Source: Podarcis erhardii
Lineage: Eukaryota
Length of the DNA: 64,000 nt
Reading direction: 5' to 3' (one strand)
Assembly (NCBI GenBank): GCA_964252035.1
Contig: OZ176201.1
The translations under genes were made by a program, and so were the position numbers. Positions 62,206 through 64,000 of the stretch are shown piece by piece (position 1 is the stretch's first letter; every line of letters starts with the position of its first letter). The notes beneath the pieces were generated by a model that worked only from the letters and a program-made list of their open reading frames with translations, was not told the DNA's origin and did no database searches.

Positions 62206-62335
62206 AAGGATCATTCTTGTGCTGCCACCCTCAACCTCTTGTGGAGGAGGCCCACAAAGAAGGGACTCAGTTGGGTATGGATAGGTTCATATGAAGAGAG
62301 GCAATTCTTCAGGTATTGTGGTCCTGAGCCATGTT
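62206..62335 (-). mobile_element. L2 LINE, right part, continuing the same element beyond the retrocopy
   Basis: Minus strand reads GSGPQYLKNCLSSYEP.....SLLCGPPPQEV, the segment that precedes AFS.VAP.LWN.LP in L2 ORF2; it abuts the TSD. Confidence 0.7.
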
Positions 62336-63289
62336 AGCATCACTCCCAGTGCACTAGGGTGCATTGGTTCTTTTTTGACCTTTGTGCATTTAGTGCAGAC
62401 ATTTGAAGAGAGTTTCTGTGTGTGTTTGGTTGAGAACAGAAACCTTCTTTAGACCCCACACTCAACATTGTCACTATAGGGCTCAGGTGGTCCTGTTGAT
62501 GGGATGTGTGTCCACACCTGCCCAATGACATTATGACTGGGTGTATACCAATATTGCAATCTCCACTAACTTCTTTGTTCACTTAAGGCAGGACTTTATG
62601 CTTTATTCTGTTTTATGATCTGTATTACTATTTTTTATATGTGAATTATGTAGCTGCTTGGGTATGCTCTGAATGCAGACCCTGAAATAACAGTACAGAA
62701 GTACGAAAGGCTTTTGTGAATAACCTCTGCAGATATACCTAGTGTTTACTTGAGTTCATCTGAACACAGCCATAATAGCGTATGAACTGTTTACATCTAT
62801 TCTGAGGTCTGAATATAATGTTTACATAGACTAGAGAAACTGAGTGACAGATCATTTCTAACATAGCACTTACCATGGTTTGGAACTATGAAAGGGCTTG
62901 AGGAAATTGGGCAGGCAGTAGTCTAGTACTGTGCATGAGTTCCCTTTGGCAAGGTATATAGAGCCATGAAGAGGAGATTAATTGACAGAGATTTTAGAAC
63001 ATCAGAATCTGAGGGCAATCAACTGGAAGACGCATTAGCTAAGGTGGATTGATAGGAGCAAGAAGCTTATATTGAGAATATATCTGATTGGAGGTCAGCT
63101 TTTAGCCAATTCTTATCACCTGGTTGAGGAGCATATTTTATGAGTGCTCAATTTATTCTTGCAGAACTCTTATGTGTGGGGTAAAGTCTTTGTGCTGTGT
63201 GCTGCTTGAGACTATGATCTGTGGCTAATCATGACAATCTGAATTTGAAGATCTTAATGCTGACTGTTTTTCCCTCACCTCTCTCGCAG

Positions 63290-63490
63290 GACTGCCCACA
63301 GATCCTTCCATCTACCCAGATATATATCCCTGTGGGTGTGGTGAAGCCCATCACTTTGACTGCCAAAAACCTGCCACAGCCACAGTCTGGACAGCGCAAT
63401 TACGAGTGCATCTTCCATATCCCTGGCACATCCCAGCGTGTCACTGCCCTGCGCTTTAACAGCACCAGCATCCAGTGCCAAAACACTTCG
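63290..63490 (+). CDS. PLXNA1: Plexin A1 coding exon (201 nt, phase 0/0): [67 protein letters not shown]
   Basis: Acceptor ctctcgcag|GAC, donor TCG|gtgagt; overlaps ORF 63221..63520. Confidence 0.96.
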
Positions 63491-63622
63491 GTGAGTTTTT
63501 GGAATATAGTTATCTTTTGAGAAGGCTGCTTTGGGGAAATGCAGCAGAAATTCCCTGTTTGCCTCTTATGCATGTTTGGCCTCAACTGTGCATGTATCTG
63601 AGAGGAGATCACATGTTACCCT

Positions 63623-63809
63623 TGCTTGGGTGCAATCCCAGGGTTGCTTTCCCAAGCAGATCCAGTACCGGCAGCTGCAGGAGCTAATGCTCGGCTGCAT
63701 TGGCTCCTGCAGCTGCCGGTACTGGATCTGCTTGGGTGCAATCCCAGAGTTGCTTTCCCATTAACCAGTAATGGGAAAGCAACTCTGGGATTGCACCCAA
63801 GCAGATCCA
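63623..63809. repeat. Interlocking inverted repeats (40-bp and 41-bp stems) plus a 32-nt direct repeat
   Basis: 63651-63690 pairs with 63697-63736 (1 G:T). 63723-63763 pairs perfectly with 63769-63809. 63623-63654 repeats 63729-63760 with 1 mismatch. Confidence 0.9.
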
Positions 63810-64000
63810 CTACCTTGTTTGCCAGTACCTGCTTGCTTGTCTTTCTGCTCGACTTGGGATAGAAGCATGTTTTTACCTTGGATTGCTTACAACCCTCTCT
63901 GCACAAAAGGTGTCCATTCTGGGTCTTCCCCTCCCATCACACAGCTCCTTTGGTGAAACGGCACCCCAATCATTCCTGTTGTTTCGTGCTGCTTCCTTTC

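Overview
Vertebrate genomic DNA, most likely from a squamate reptile and probably a lacertid lizard (judged from a Sauria-type SINE with an ACCTTT tail, CR1 elements with ATTCTATG tails, and L2/hAT/Tigger families). The whole window lies inside one + strand gene, plexin A1 (PLXNA1). Seven consecutive coding exons (141, 101, 124, 154, 100, 115, 201 nt; 936 nt, 312 codons) splice in frame at GT-AG sites. They encode the end of the Sema domain, PSI1, IPT1, PSI2 and the start of IPT2. The rest is intron rich in retroposons and MITEs. Main accessory findings: (1) a near full-length processed ATP23 retrocopy, antisense to PLXNA1, with poly(A), AATAAA and a 13-bp TSD, splitting an older L2 LINE; (2) 93 nt of host flank from one hAT MITE copied exactly in front of a different MITE copy 18.5 kb away; (3) two interlocking ~40-bp hairpins just after the last exon; (4) a Penelope-like fold-back insertion; (5) apparent loss of an N-glycosylation sequon in PLXNA1 PSI2; (6) several CpG- and homeobox-rich candidate enhancers. 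There are no prokaryotic features, and almost all of the supplied short ORFs are spurious. All family names are from recalled sequences, not database searches.
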